53,845 nt of DNA from a virus (taxonomy: Duplodnaviria > Caudoviricetes). Numbering within the stretch: position 1 is the first letter of the stretch; each line of letters begins with the position of its first letter. The stretch is taken from positions 1 to 53,845 of IMG/VR virus record IMGVR_UViG_3300033141_002656. One strand, written 5' to 3'. Below the pieces are notes generated by a model, which did no database searches, was not told where the DNA came from, and saw only the letters and a program-made list of their open reading frames with translations. A program made the translations under genes and the position numbers. This document shows positions 8,845 through 18,187 of the stretch, one piece after another.

Positions 8845-9663
8845 TCAGCCCCAACGGCTGACTATCGATAAGCCCATTTCCTTGGCCTTGTCCTCATACC
8901 TCTTGGCCACCTCAGCCCAGTTGGCCGGCATGGGGCCCAGCTGAGTTAGTATGTCTGTGCGATCTTTGCAACCCACATCTGCCGTCTGCCGGAACGTAAT
9001 GAGGAACTCATCCTCAGGCCCCTTTGTCATGAACCCCATTGAGTTCACAATTCCGTCCAGATACTGGGCAGCCTTGGATCCGGCAAAGGTTGGGATCCAC
9101 CGGTCAACCTCAACCTTGATCCCATCAGCCTGGGTGATAGCCACAGCCTGGGTTCTGGTGTGACTGATGAACCGGACATTGGTGAGTCTCATCAGGGCCC
9201 CCAGCCATTCTCTCCATTCCCGGGTAACCTCTGACCAGGTCTTGCCAAAGTCATTCTCTGGGGGATAGGCAAGTCCCTTCCGCTTGCACACAGCATCCCG
9301 GGCCATGTTGTTGAGATTGTCAATGATATCAATGACCACCCCCTTATAGTCATACTTGCCGGCCTTGATATCATCGGCCACCTCTTTGATACCCTCTTTG
9401 AATCCGGACCTGATCTTGCCCTTGTCATCCATTTGGAACGGAACCCCCTCCCAGGCAACAATGTCAATGACTGTGGACTTGGTGAACTCTTGGCCGGGTT
9501 CGGTTGAAAAGAACAGGGCCTTGGGGTCCCCACTGCAGAACCTGGTTTTCCCCGCACCGGGAGGTCCAAACACCAGCAAAGTCAACTCATCAAACGGGGG
9601 GACAGGAAACTTTTCTGATCTCTTGGGAATTGGCATGTACCACCTCATCAATTGGTTCAACAA
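8845..9663 (-). CDS. AAA-family NTPase (AAA_24/Sak4-like recombination protein)
   Basis: Walker A GPPGAGKT, TEPG, VVIDII, FISH, CKDR; between nuclease and SSB genes. Start may be MPIPKR. Confidence 0.85.
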   Translation of the reverse strand: MLNQLMRWYMPIPKRSEKFPVPPFDELTLLVFGPPGAGKTRFCSGDPKALFFSTEPGQEFTKSTVIDIVAWEGVPFQMDDKGKIRSGFKEGIKEVADDIKAGKYDYKGVVIDIIDNLNNMARDAVCKRKGLAYPPENDFGKTWSEVTREWREWLGALMRLTNVRFISHTRTQAVAITQADGIKVEVDRWIPTFAGSKAAQYLDGIVNSMGFMTKGPEDEFLITFRQTADVGCKDRTDILTQLGPMPANWAEVAKRYEDKAKEMGLSIVSRWG

Positions 9664-9672
9664 AAAATAGAA

Positions 9673-10575
9673 CTACCATATTTCACTTTTAAATCGTCCG
9701 CCGTCAAGGGGTTCTTTGTCATTACTCTGATACCTCTGGCCCAGGGCATCTGACCCAGTTGCACACAGAGCCAGGAATGGACACTCACCATATGGCCCAG
9801 CACAATTGGCAGTGTTCCTGGGCCAGTTCTCAAAGCTATGGATCTTGAACGCACTTTGGATAGCTATGTTGAGGTTGTATTTTTCAGACCGGTACCGGTC
9901 AATCTCTTGGGGGCTGTATGAGATCACACATTCACGATATAAGTCATCCATCTCATTGATATACTTTGTCATCATCCTTTCAGCAAACTGTGAGACTGTT
10001 TCTTTTTTGGTGACTCGGCTGGTAGTCTTTTTGGTTTCCCGATAGACAAAGCCACCGAAATGCATCCCGCTATCCACTGCCATGCAGGCATAGCTGAGCA
10101 ACTGGTCATCCACTCTGAGGACCCATTCCAGGTTCTCAGCAAACCGGCCACGGGTCTTGTCCTCAACAACCCACACATGGCCATCATCCTCAAACACGGC
10201 ATCAAAGTAAGCCACCTCATCCTGGTTCTCAACCTTGACTTCAGGGGCCCAGACACGCTTCCTGTCCGCTCCGAACCGGTGGGTATACCCATTGAGGTAG
10301 GCATTGAGCTTGGCTGTCTCGGCGTCAATTACGGCGTCCTCAAAGCCATTGGCTTGCAAACCGTCAAGCAAACATGCCTGACCCTGCCGGACGGCATCAG
10401 GAATATTCCCAACCTTCCGCCATTGTTCAAGGCCCATGTGAAATGCCCGGCCCATGAACAGGGCAGGACTCTTGATGGTCTTGGGCTCAACCCCGGCCAC
10501 ATACCTGAAAAAGACCTTACGCGGACAGGACTTGTACAGTGATCTCATCGATGTTGATAGTGCTGGAAGTTTCAT
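9673..10575 (-). CDS. PD-(D/E)XK exonuclease (Cas4/AddB-like)
   Basis: SCPRK, GRAFH, FDAV...VVEDKT, QLLSY, C-terminal C...CPF..LC; start placed at MKLPAL after AAAGGA. Confidence 0.88.
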   Translation of the reverse strand: MKLPALSTSMRSLYKSCPRKVFFRYVAGVEPKTIKSPALFMGRAFHMGLEQWRKVGNIPDAVRQGQACLLDGLQANGFEDAVIDAETAKLNAYLNGYTHRFGADRKRVWAPEVKVENQDEVAYFDAVFEDDGHVWVVEDKTRGRFAENLEWVLRVDDQLLSYACMAVDSGMHFGGFVYRETKKTTSRVTKKETVSQFAERMMTKYINEMDDLYRECVISYSPQEIDRYRSEKYNLNIAIQSAFKIHSFENWPRNTANCAGPYGECPFLALCATGSDALGQRYQSNDKEPLDGGRFKSEIW

Positions 10576-10589
10576 TGGGCATCCTTTTT

Positions 10590-10655
10590 CTGAGGGGATA
10601 GACAAAAACCATTGTGCAATTATCACACACTTGGTAAAAAGGTAAAACAAAAAGG
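10590..10655. promoter_or_regulatory. Divergent promoter region
   Basis: Minus strand TTTACC...TGTGATAAT (extended -10); plus strand TAGACA-N16-TATCAC; lies between divergent genes. Confidence 0.45.
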
Positions 10656-10662
10656 ACAGCCC

Positions 10663-11193
10663 ATGAGAATTATTGGTATTGATTCTGGCAAGAATGGCGC
10701 GGCTGTGGGACTGGATACGGTCTCTGGCCATGGGACAACCTATCGTCTGAAGTATGACAAGACAGGAATCCTGATGGGCAGGGATCTGTTTGATTGGCTC
10801 AAAGCCCAGGATCCTCAGACAGTCCTGGTTGAGGCTGTCCGTGGCAGAGGTGGGCCAGACAGTCCCTGGGGAGCCACCCACAATTTCAGGTTCGGATGGT
10901 TCTATGGTCAGCTGATCCAGGTTCTTGACCTATGTCTGTTCCCATACCGCCGGGTTGAGCCCAAGGTCTGGCAACGGATGATCCATGAGGGGATTGGTGG
11001 TAAGCTCAAACCAAAGGACCGATCAATCATAGCGTACCGCCAGCTGTTCCCACATGACCCGTTGCCCAGGCATCCAAAGGCAAAAGGCCCACATGATGGG
11101 ACACTGGATGCTTTGCTCATTGCTCATTACGGGGTGGTTAGGTTGGCAGGCAATGAGGTTAAAAAATGGACATTCCCAGGGGGAAAATCATGA
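10663..11193 (+). CDS. RuvC-like Holliday junction resolvase
   Basis: MRIIGIDSG, VLVE, FRFG, VEPKVWQ, HDGTLDALLIA; AAGGA RBS. Confidence 0.9.
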   Translation: MRIIGIDSGKNGAAVGLDTVSGHGTTYRLKYDKTGILMGRDLFDWLKAQDPQTVLVEAVRGRGGPDSPWGATHNFRFGWFYGQLIQVLDLCLFPYRRVEPKVWQRMIHEGIGGKLKPKDRSIIAYRQLFPHDPLPRHPKAKGPHDGTLDALLIAHYGVVRLAGNEVKKWTFPGGKS

Positions 11194-11399
11194 GCTTTGA
11201 GGAACTGCCCATTGAACGTGTGGTGTTCCTGGTGATTGCTGGGACAATCCTGATTGGTATTTTCATCACTATAATGGTCTGGAAACGTGGCAGAAAAGAG
11301 ATTGGTTTGAAAGGATCCCAGTTAAAAACCTACCTAATGGGCTCAATCTTTGAACCAAATGGGCCGACAGAAAAAAAGGAACGGATACGGATAGGCTGA
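11190..11399 (+). CDS. Small single-pass membrane protein
   Basis: ATGA-coupled to the resolvase; hydrophobic VVFLVIAGTILIGIFITIMVW followed by basic residues. Confidence 0.65.
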   Translation: MSFEELPIERVVFLVIAGTILIGIFITIMVWKRGRKEIGLKGSQLKTYLMGSIFEPNGPTEKKERIRIG

Positions 11400-11454
11400 T
11401 GCCCGTTTGATGAACCGTATCCCGTCCCAAAAGGCAGGTACCTCAATTGTACCA

Positions 11455-11805
11455 CTACCTCTGAGACAGGACATACCCGACAATCCCGCCTAATGCAAAG
11501 CTCACCCCGATCCCGGCAACAACCCAGACGGGATCGGTATACCAGCTGTGATCAGGCTTTTCAGTCATCTCTGTCACATAGTTGTTGAGCAGGCCAAGCT
11601 CATGGACACACATCTCACTGAGCATGATTTCTTTGGCAATCCGGTCAACTGCCGGCGGTAAGAAACACAGGCAAGGTGGCATGGTTGGCAAACACTCGGA
11701 TGGTGATAGTGTTCGGAATGCATCGGCTGGTAGGATGGCCGGGTCAGCGCTGACCAGACTTGCCAAGAAAATCATCAATGATATTGCGGCTGCTTTTGCC
11801 CTCAT
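11455..11805 (-). CDS. Exported Cys-containing protein with C-terminal TM (spanin-like position)
   Basis: Signal peptide ...LASLVSA|D, four Cys, C-terminal TM WVVAGIGVSFALGGIVGYVL. Confidence 0.6.
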   Translation of the reverse strand: MRAKAAAISLMIFLASLVSADPAILPADAFRTLSPSECLPTMPPCLCFLPPAVDRIAKEIMLSEMCVHELGLLNNYVTEMTEKPDHSWYTDPVWVVAGIGVSFALGGIVGYVLSQR

Positions 11806-11995
11806 TGGCTGCTCTCACTTTGGCTTTTTCCTCACTGATTGTAACCCGTAGTTTGGCAGTTTCTAGCTGTTTTTCAAGTCCTGCTTTTTGACTTTTCAGC
11901 CTGCCATTCTCGGCAATGAGGTAAGCCGGTATCAACATCTCAATCAGACGCAATACCTGCAGGACAACTTGCAGCCATAGTATCTTAGATTTCAT
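11744..11995 (-). CDS. i-spanin-like membrane/coiled-coil protein
   Basis: Hydrophobic N-terminus then coiled coil; TAATG-coupled; lysis cluster. Confidence 0.55.
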   Translation of the reverse strand: MKSKILWLQVVLQVLRLIEMLIPAYLIAENGRLKSQKAGLEKQLETAKLRVTISEEKAKVRAANEGKSSRNIIDDFLGKSGQR

Positions 11996-12351
11996 TACTG
12001 ATTTTTCTTTTTCACCTTGGGGACACCACCACCGAACCAACCCAGGATGGATGCAGCCCAGTCAGCCAGGCCGGCAAACCACTTGGCCCATTCATCATCC
12101 TTTTTCCCCACGGTCTTTTCAGAGATGAATGTCAGCAGATCGGCAACAGCCCTCAGGATCACAGACAGTGCCATGAATATTGCAATGACCCAGCCATTGA
12201 TATCCGGGAACTGACCCAGGAACTTGGCCGTAATACTGACATACCAGGGGGCGTCATCAGGCGGCAGAACCACAGCCGGCTGTCCCAGAGCAATGGCCGT
12301 CCCCTGCAAGAACACTGTGATGGCAATCAGAAACCAGAATGCAGTTCTCAT
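11995..12351 (-). CDS. Holin-like membrane protein
   Basis: Follows the endolysin; signal-like N-terminus, internal TM, KTVGKKDDEW, basic C-terminus. Confidence 0.6.
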   Translation of the reverse strand: MRTAFWFLIAITVFLQGTAIALGQPAVVLPPDDAPWYVSITAKFLGQFPDINGWVIAIFMALSVILRAVADLLTFISEKTVGKKDDEWAKWFAGLADWAASILGWFGGGVPKVKKKNQ

Positions 12352-12812
12352 TTTGAACCCCCATGTTGATCTAAATAAGCCCAGACACCCAGTACCCCAA
12401 GCTCTGAGCGGACCTCTCTCAACTCGGACAAAGGAACCTCAGTCATGAACTGATAGTGTGGGTACTCGGGAAACGTCTTGCTGTCACCCAACCATTCTAA
12501 CCCAACCTGTTTGAAAATGGGACCGGCCCTCTGGTATAAATCCAGTGGGGCCCAGGTCCATTTGCCATCCCGATACACCACCATGTCACCAGCCAGACCA
12601 TACTGATGCCATGAATGAAATGGACGGGCCCTGGTAACTATCCTGCCTGGGGCAGTCCGGCCCTGGGAATACAGCTTTGCTTGCCTGATAGGTGAGCGGT
12701 AACCCTCAAATAAATAAATAGGAATCCCAGCCTGATGACACAACTCTTGACCCCTGATGAGGACTACCCTGAAAGGGTGGTATAAAAGGTTGTAAGAATT
12801 GTTTCTGTTCAT
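12348..12812 (-). CDS. Endolysin, peptidase M15 (L-Ala-D-Glu peptidase-like)
   Basis: EGYRS..RQ..LY.QGRT.PG.IVT.A, SWHQYGLAGD, EYPHYQ. Confidence 0.92.
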   Translation of the reverse strand: MNRNNSYNLLYHPFRVVLIRGQELCHQAGIPIYLFEGYRSPIRQAKLYSQGRTAPGRIVTRARPFHSWHQYGLAGDMVVYRDGKWTWAPLDLYQRAGPIFKQVGLEWLGDSKTFPEYPHYQFMTEVPLSELREVRSELGVLGVWAYLDQHGGSK

Positions 12813-12863
12813 CGGCCGGGACTCCCGGACATGGGTCTTCAGGAACAGTGTCCCGTCACCATC

Positions 12864-13199
12864 CTATCGGTCATCCGGGCCATCACTTAAGCGTTTGGGT
12901 AAGCCATTGACCCTCTCAACGGTTTTCCAAAGGGTGGTAAGGCTCTGTTCTATGGTGCCTATTGACTTGTAATTCTGATCAAGTGAAACCTGGATCTGAT
13001 CCAGTCTGCCGGCAAGGTTTGAGTTCTTTTCTTTGTCAACTGCAATGTCAACTCTGAGGTCAGAGATCCGTTCTGCTTGAGCTGTCAGCTTGGCATCGGT
13101 CTGGCGGACCCAGTGGGACAGCCAGAACTTGGCACCCATGAACCCAGCCGCCCCACTGAGGGCAGTCAGGCCCATGTTGATCAACTGACTAGTGTCCAT
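12864..13199 (-). CDS. TM plus coiled-coil protein (holin/XhlA-like)
   Basis: N-terminal TM and heptad region; directly upstream of the endolysin. Confidence 0.55.
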   Translation of the reverse strand: MDTSQLINMGLTALSGAAGFMGAKFWLSHWVRQTDAKLTAQAERISDLRVDIAVDKEKNSNLAGRLDQIQVSLDQNYKSIGTIEQSLTTLWKTVERVNGLPKRLSDGPDDR

Positions 13200-14079
13200 A
13201 CTGAACAAATTCCAACAGATGAGAGGCTGCAAAGATCCATTCACCAAGATCGGCATTGATGTCATGTGGTCTCATATATTGACACATGTCCTGAGAAACC
13301 CTGTCACGGGCCCGGAGAATGTCCACAGCGGCCTGAAGTTCTCCGGAGTACATTCCCCATGCCAGAGCATAGAACGGGCACTGAGGCTCACGTTCATGGT
13401 GTTCCTGCAGTCTCTGGTACATAGTCTGGGATATTCCCAACAAACCGGCAGCCGGGACAGCATCTGCATCCCCGATCCCTTTGCTGATCTCACCTCTCAG
13501 GAATATTCCCAGTACCTGCAGGTGGGCCTGATAGTCTGTGAGCCCAGGTGAATAGGTGTTGGGCCAGAGCCTATTGGCTGAATTCTCACCACCCAGGGAA
13601 TAGATGGCCTGATACAGGATCCCTACCATGGCCGGGGTGTACACGGACCTTCCATCTGTGGACTCACCCATTACCCAATTGTGGGCTTTGCCATACCTGG
13701 CATGCCTCTCAAGGATATCCAGCCGGCCCTTGAACCAGCCGTAAGTAATAAGACCCATACCCATGTCCCTTGACCATTCATTGGGCAGGCAGTGATCATC
13801 CGGGTATCTGAGGAACTTGCCATTGTCCCCATCCTCAGCTGCCTCAATATCCACCCCCCTAACCCCAGGGGATGAGGCATACTTGGCTGTGTACATCATG
13901 GCATCACACCCATCCACCAGCCAGCCATGATCTGGGTTCCTGGCAAGCTCAGCTGTGTGCATGAGTTCAGATAGCTTAGCCTCAAGTTCATCCAATCCAG
14001 CCAGTTCCCCTGGGTCTTTGGTTTCCTTTTTTGAACAGCCCAGGAACATGGCAACGGCAATGATCAGAATCAGTCTCAT
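13189..14079 (-). CDS. Lipoprotein of unknown function (296 aa)
   Basis: Lipobox MRLILIIAVAMFLG|C; GCD and SRDM motifs. Confidence 0.8.
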   Translation of the reverse strand: MRLILIIAVAMFLGCSKKETKDPGELAGLDELEAKLSELMHTAELARNPDHGWLVDGCDAMMYTAKYASSPGVRGVDIEAAEDGDNGKFLRYPDDHCLPNEWSRDMGMGLITYGWFKGRLDILERHARYGKAHNWVMGESTDGRSVYTPAMVGILYQAIYSLGGENSANRLWPNTYSPGLTDYQAHLQVLGIFLRGEISKGIGDADAVPAAGLLGISQTMYQRLQEHHEREPQCPFYALAWGMYSGELQAAVDILRARDRVSQDMCQYMRPHDINADLGEWIFAASHLLEFVQYGH

Positions 14080-14738
14080 GGTTTCACCTCATCAGGATGG
14101 TTGGTATAGATGATGTCCCCGAGTTTGATCACTGCATCCGGATCAAACACCCGCCGGCCCCATATCGGTTTGCTGAGGATATTGATTGAGTCGATGGCCT
14201 CACGGCAAACAATATACACCAGTTCACTGCAGTATATCTTTGGCCCGTTGTTCAGAGTTTGGGCATAGTCATACTTGATTCCTAGCTGATTGTTCATGAT
14301 GTAAGCAATCCGTTTCTGGGCCCTTTCATAGCCATCCTGAGGCAAGGCAATCTCAACCAGGGTAAAATAGTCCACCCGCTTGAGAACGTCCAACAGAGGC
14401 TCAATGACAAGGCCATTGCCCTGCATGTGCATGGCTTTGGTATTCCGGTCCTGGTCTGGCAGGATCCAGCCGGAATGGGAATACTTGCCCCGGCCACCTG
14501 TTACCCACCGTATCAATTTTGATGCCAGGCTCTGATGGTCAGAACAGCTGAACCCATAGACAGCCCGGCGGTTCCTTGCTACCTGGGAAACCCCAATGAC
14601 ATCAATGATTTTGAAATAGTCCGCCATGGGGAACTCGGGGTAACCCCAGACACGGAACGTGAAATGAGCAATGATGTTACCGGCTACCCAGCGCCATGCC
14701 TTGGTTGTCATGAACCAGGAAACAAACCGCTTGAACAT
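14076..14738 (-). CDS. Permuted papain-like NlpC/P60 enzyme (YaeF/YiiX family)
   Basis: YSHSG ... YDY ... KIYCSELV (His before Cys). Confidence 0.85.
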   Translation of the reverse strand: MFKRFVSWFMTTKAWRWVAGNIIAHFTFRVWGYPEFPMADYFKIIDVIGVSQVARNRRAVYGFSCSDHQSLASKLIRWVTGGRGKYSHSGWILPDQDRNTKAMHMQGNGLVIEPLLDVLKRVDYFTLVEIALPQDGYERAQKRIAYIMNNQLGIKYDYAQTLNNGPKIYCSELVYIVCREAIDSINILSKPIWGRRVFDPDAVIKLGDIIYTNHPDEVKP

Positions 14739-14751
14739 GGTGTCCCCCTGT

Positions 14752-14871
14752 TCATTTTTTGTACGGGCAATCAGGGTATGTACAGTCTTTGGGCTTACAC
14801 TGCTTGGGTGTCTTTTTGCACTTGGGGCAGATCAAGTCCTCAACCTTTGTTCCCTTGGGTGGCAGTTTCAT
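14752..14871 (-). CDS. 39-aa Cys/Lys-rich miniprotein
   Basis: GGGGAG RBS; MKLPPKGTKVEDLICPKCKKTPKQCKPKDCTYPDCPYKK; fills the gap between genes. Confidence 0.7.
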   Translation of the reverse strand: MKLPPKGTKVEDLICPKCKKTPKQCKPKDCTYPDCPYKK

Positions 14872-14880
14872 GTTCTCCCC

Positions 14881-16077
14881 TTACGTGGTTTTTGTCCGAT
14901 ACATCATGAGGCTGGCTACCATTTTCCAGTCATGATCATCACCAATGGTCTGGCCCCTGAGCCTCATGAGCATGTTGTGGCCCATCCTGGAACTGTCATC
15001 TGTCATACAATCCTTACGGCCAGTACCCATGAGCAAACGCTCATACATGAAATTGAAAAGGACAACCTCAAGTGCAAACATGTTGAACTCTCCGGTACCA
15101 CCGGCATTGGGAGCAATGTTCTCGAATTGTTTGGTTGATGTGTTCCAGTCAGCATCCCAGTACCCGGCTGGCGTCTGGCCAAACTCATTAGGTGTGTTCT
15201 GCACCAAGACCCGGTCATTGTCTGCCACCGTGATGGCCCCATCCCCTGCAGCCGGGACGATAAGATATCCACCATACAGGTTGTAATTGGTGTTGGATCC
15301 TGCTGAGTATGCTGTGGTCTTGGGGACAATGCTGAACGTGGTGGCCATCACATCATCAGCCCCATCCTGGGACCACATGAGATCACCTTGCCTGATGTAA
15401 CTGATGTTGTTGATGGTGTTGAATGACAGCCTCAGATAGTGGACCTTGTCCCCGGTCACTGTCCCGGTGGCTGACTTTTCATCCTCATCATCACCAGTAT
15501 TGGGATAGCTGAAATGGGTGGCATCAATCTTGGTTACCACCACATCAGACTCATCATAGTCATCATCGGAACAATTCACGTCTATGATTGCCCCAGTCTC
15601 AAGCCCATGGGCAGCTGAGGTCTCAATGGTGGATACGTTTGAGGACCGTGCCACGTTGCTGATGTTCTTGGTTGACGCCACGTGCTCAAGTTCAATCCGG
15701 TTGCCACCACCACCCACAGCATGTGGATCATCTGGATCATCATCCCGCCCGGCAAAATAGGTGAACGTCCCTAAGTACCGTGGCGTGGTGTGGACAACGT
15801 CTCTTCCATCCGTATCACTAGGACATTCGCCACGGTTCTTGAGCCATTCAATCTGATCACTGAATGATGAAAAATATTCAGTGCCATTCCCAACTATCAG
15901 ATCACCATCAACTATCGCTGTGAGGACATCATCATTACTACCCCACTCAAGTCTCATGGGGTCAGGAATGATGTATTCCTCATTATTATCAAGCACTTTT
16001 ATGATAGACAGCTGAGATCCACTAACATTTTTGACTTGGCATAGATTCCAACTCATTCCTGTATCCTTGATATCCAA
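14881..16077 (-). CDS. Putative virion/tail-associated protein
   Basis: Acidic and beta-rich, with an inserted TSAAHGL..G...V.V...FSY module; start uncertain. Confidence 0.6.
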   Translation of the reverse strand: MDIKDTGMSWNLCQVKNVSGSQLSIIKVLDNNEEYIIPDPMRLEWGSNDDVLTAIVDGDLIVGNGTEYFSSFSDQIEWLKNRGECPSDTDGRDVVHTTPRYLGTFTYFAGRDDDPDDPHAVGGGGNRIELEHVASTKNISNVARSSNVSTIETSAAHGLETGAIIDVNCSDDDYDESDVVVTKIDATHFSYPNTGDDEDEKSATGTVTGDKVHYLRLSFNTINNISYIRQGDLMWSQDGADDVMATTFSIVPKTTAYSAGSNTNYNLYGGYLIVPAAGDGAITVADNDRVLVQNTPNEFGQTPAGYWDADWNTSTKQFENIAPNAGGTGEFNMFALEVVLFNFMYERLLMGTGRKDCMTDDSSRMGHNMLMRLRGQTIGDDHDWKMVASLMMYRTKTT

Positions 16078-16589
16078 AGGGTCATGGCCATATCACTGGG
16101 ATTAGTGCCCTGATCCTTGTGTAAAATACGGATCCAATCACCTGCCTCAAAGAACAGATCAACCTCAAGCTCATAGCCGTAATTATTTGGGGTATCTCTG
16201 AGTTGATATGTCCAGATAAGATTGCCGGCAGCTGTACCGTTCTTGTAAAATTCAAAATCAGAATCAATACTTGGGTCACTGTTTGCCCAGGTTAATTCAT
16301 TCAGCTTTGTCTTGACCGGGAAAACAATTTTAGCATCAGGGGTCAATGAGCTGTATGTCAACCAGTCATTATTTCCAAGAGTACCATTGTGGACAAGCAC
16401 AATCCCCGCCCGAGGGAAACCCTCAGCATTTTGCTTGGCCTCAACAATGGCATCATGGACATTGTCCGAAGTGAAATCATCATCAGAAAAAGGAACACCG
16501 TTGGCCTCTGGACTATGATGCCAGTCCCAGGGCTGGGCCTGGGCAGGTAGTGTAAAAATCAAACATAGCAATAGTTTTTTAAACATCAT
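16053..16589 (-). CDS. Signal-peptide-bearing fibre-like protein
   Basis: MFKKLLLCLIFTLPAQA|Q; fibre-type SDNVHDAIVE helix; beta-sandwich C-terminus. Confidence 0.7.
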   Translation of the reverse strand: MMFKKLLLCLIFTLPAQAQPWDWHHSPEANGVPFSDDDFTSDNVHDAIVEAKQNAEGFPRAGIVLVHNGTLGNNDWLTYSSLTPDAKIVFPVKTKLNELTWANSDPSIDSDFEFYKNGTAAGNLIWTYQLRDTPNNYGYELEVDLFFEAGDWIRILHKDQGTNPSDMAMTLWISRIQE

Positions 16590-16954
16590 TTCAGTTCCTG
16601 TACAATGATCTCATTGCCAGCTGATCCGGCTATCACATACACGGCCACATCTCCGATAGGGATCACGGCTATCTGCCTCTTGAACACCGGGATGCCCCTA
16701 GTTGATCCGGTAACCGTCACCCCGGTTGGACCGTAATAGACAGTGTTTGAACTGTCATTGTACAGCAGGACACGCTGTCTGTCAGGGTCCCTGGCGCCAC
16801 CCACCTTGAGTTCAACCTGAGTCACTCCCACGGTGATCACAGTGGATGAATACCCACGGTCATTCACATCAGCCCGGTCTGCATTGTAAGATATCTGCCC
16901 CAGGGATCCCTGGGCAAACAGAGCCAGGACCACCAGCAACATTAGCTTTTTCAT
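16586..16954 (-). CDS. Signal-peptide-bearing small beta-sandwich protein
   Basis: MKKLMLLVVLALFAQGSLG|Q; paralogous to the C-terminal domain of 17234-18109. Confidence 0.75.
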   Translation of the reverse strand: MKKLMLLVVLALFAQGSLGQISYNADRADVNDRGYSSTVITVGVTQVELKVGGARDPDRQRVLLYNDSSNTVYYGPTGVTVTGSTRGIPVFKRQIAVIPIGDVAVYVIAGSAGNEIIVQELK

Positions 16955-17217
16955 TTTTTGGCCTTATCTCTTGTGGGTTTGCGTTTGGGCTTGGGTGGTG
17001 GTGGGGTGACAGGTGGGGCCGGTGGCTCGGCCCCTTTTTCCTTTTCCTCTTTGAGGGCTGACCCAATCCTCTGTTCCAGTTGGTCAACCCAGGCCAGAAC
17101 CTGGGCAGCTGCCATGACTTCTAACCCCCCCTTGTAAGTGACAACTGCCTTGTTGATCAAGGCGCACAATTGCTCAGCCCTACGGGCATCACTTGCTGTC
17201 ACCTGAATCAGAGCCAT
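16951..17217 (-). CDS. Small helical protein with Pro/Lys tail (possible fibre chaperone)
   Basis: GGGGG RBS; 88 aa; function inferred from position. Confidence 0.6.
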   Translation of the reverse strand: MALIQVTASDARRAEQLCALINKAVVTYKGGLEVMAAAQVLAWVDQLEQRIGSALKEEKEKGAEPPAPPVTPPPPKPKRKPTRDKAKK

Positions 17218-17233
17218 GGCAACCCCCTAATGG

Positions 17234-18109
17234 TTAGGCCAGTTCCATGAACATCACGGATTGGCCGGCTTGTTCCCCGATGGCATACACCGGGATATTC
17301 TCCCCAAACTCAATGGTATCTGAACCACCCCTTGGGATCAACAGGCCAGCCGTGGCCCCTGAGGTTGTGACCGTGGACTTGCCAACCCAGATGTCCTTGG
17401 CTGACTGATTCTGGATCCTGATATACCGCCGGCCACCCAGGGCCCCACCGGAATCCAGCTGGACAGCCGTGGTCCCAACGGTAACCACTGCATGGTCCAA
17501 GGAAATATTGGGACTGCTGTTGATCCACTGCCGGCGGTACAGATCACTGATACCATCGGCCCGATCATCGGCAGCCGAGAGGGCAGTGAGGGCTGCATCT
17601 GTTGCCCGGAAACCGATCTTGACCGGATCCCCTGCATCAGCTGCATCATCAGCCACGTTGCCCTGAACGTCAACTGTTGCAGTGAATCCAGTGACATCCA
17701 CCTCAAGGCCATTGGCCGATCGGGTCAGCCGGTCCCAGGCAGAGCCGTCCCAGCCCATGAGATAGCTGTTGGTATCCAGGGCATGGACATTGGCCGGATC
17801 CACATTGTCAGAATCCGGGTTGTCTGCCGTGGGCCTCTGGTTCTGGTCAGTCTCATCCGGGCTGGCACCACGGTCATGAACAATGAGGCCAACGGAATCC
17901 GGGGTGGGATTGGTTGACACATCATAGTCACCATCAAGGTCACACTCAGCCGTGATGTCATTGCCCACATTGACATCAAGAGCAAGAACCCCACCACCCA
18001 GATCCGTTGAGGTCAGAGCATGGGATCCAGTTCTCAGATATGCAGCAACACTGTCACCCTTTGCGGGTGTGGTTGAGTCATATACTAAACGTCCTTTTCC
18101 AATAGGCAT
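17234..18109 (-). CDS. Putative virion fibre/decoration protein
   Basis: Asp-rich stalk with WDGSAWDR; C-terminal beta-sandwich. Confidence 0.65.
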   Translation of the reverse strand: MPIGKGRLVYDSTTPAKGDSVAAYLRTGSHALTSTDLGGGVLALDVNVGNDITAECDLDGDYDVSTNPTPDSVGLIVHDRGASPDETDQNQRPTADNPDSDNVDPANVHALDTNSYLMGWDGSAWDRLTRSANGLEVDVTGFTATVDVQGNVADDAADAGDPVKIGFRATDAALTALSAADDRADGISDLYRRQWINSSPNISLDHAVVTVGTTAVQLDSGGALGGRRYIRIQNQSAKDIWVGKSTVTTSGATAGLLIPRGGSDTIEFGENIPVYAIGEQAGQSVMFMELA

Positions 18110-18187
18110 GGTATCCCCCTTGGTGTTGAAAACAGAACAAACCCATGGAGGGACATCGGACAGAGATGATTGGGCTTTAGGAATTGA

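Noticed and set aside
9673-10881. 402-aa version of the nuclease, or a CRISPR Cas4
   Set aside because: The extension overlaps the divergent RuvC gene and a good RBS precedes 10575; the context is a phage recombination module.
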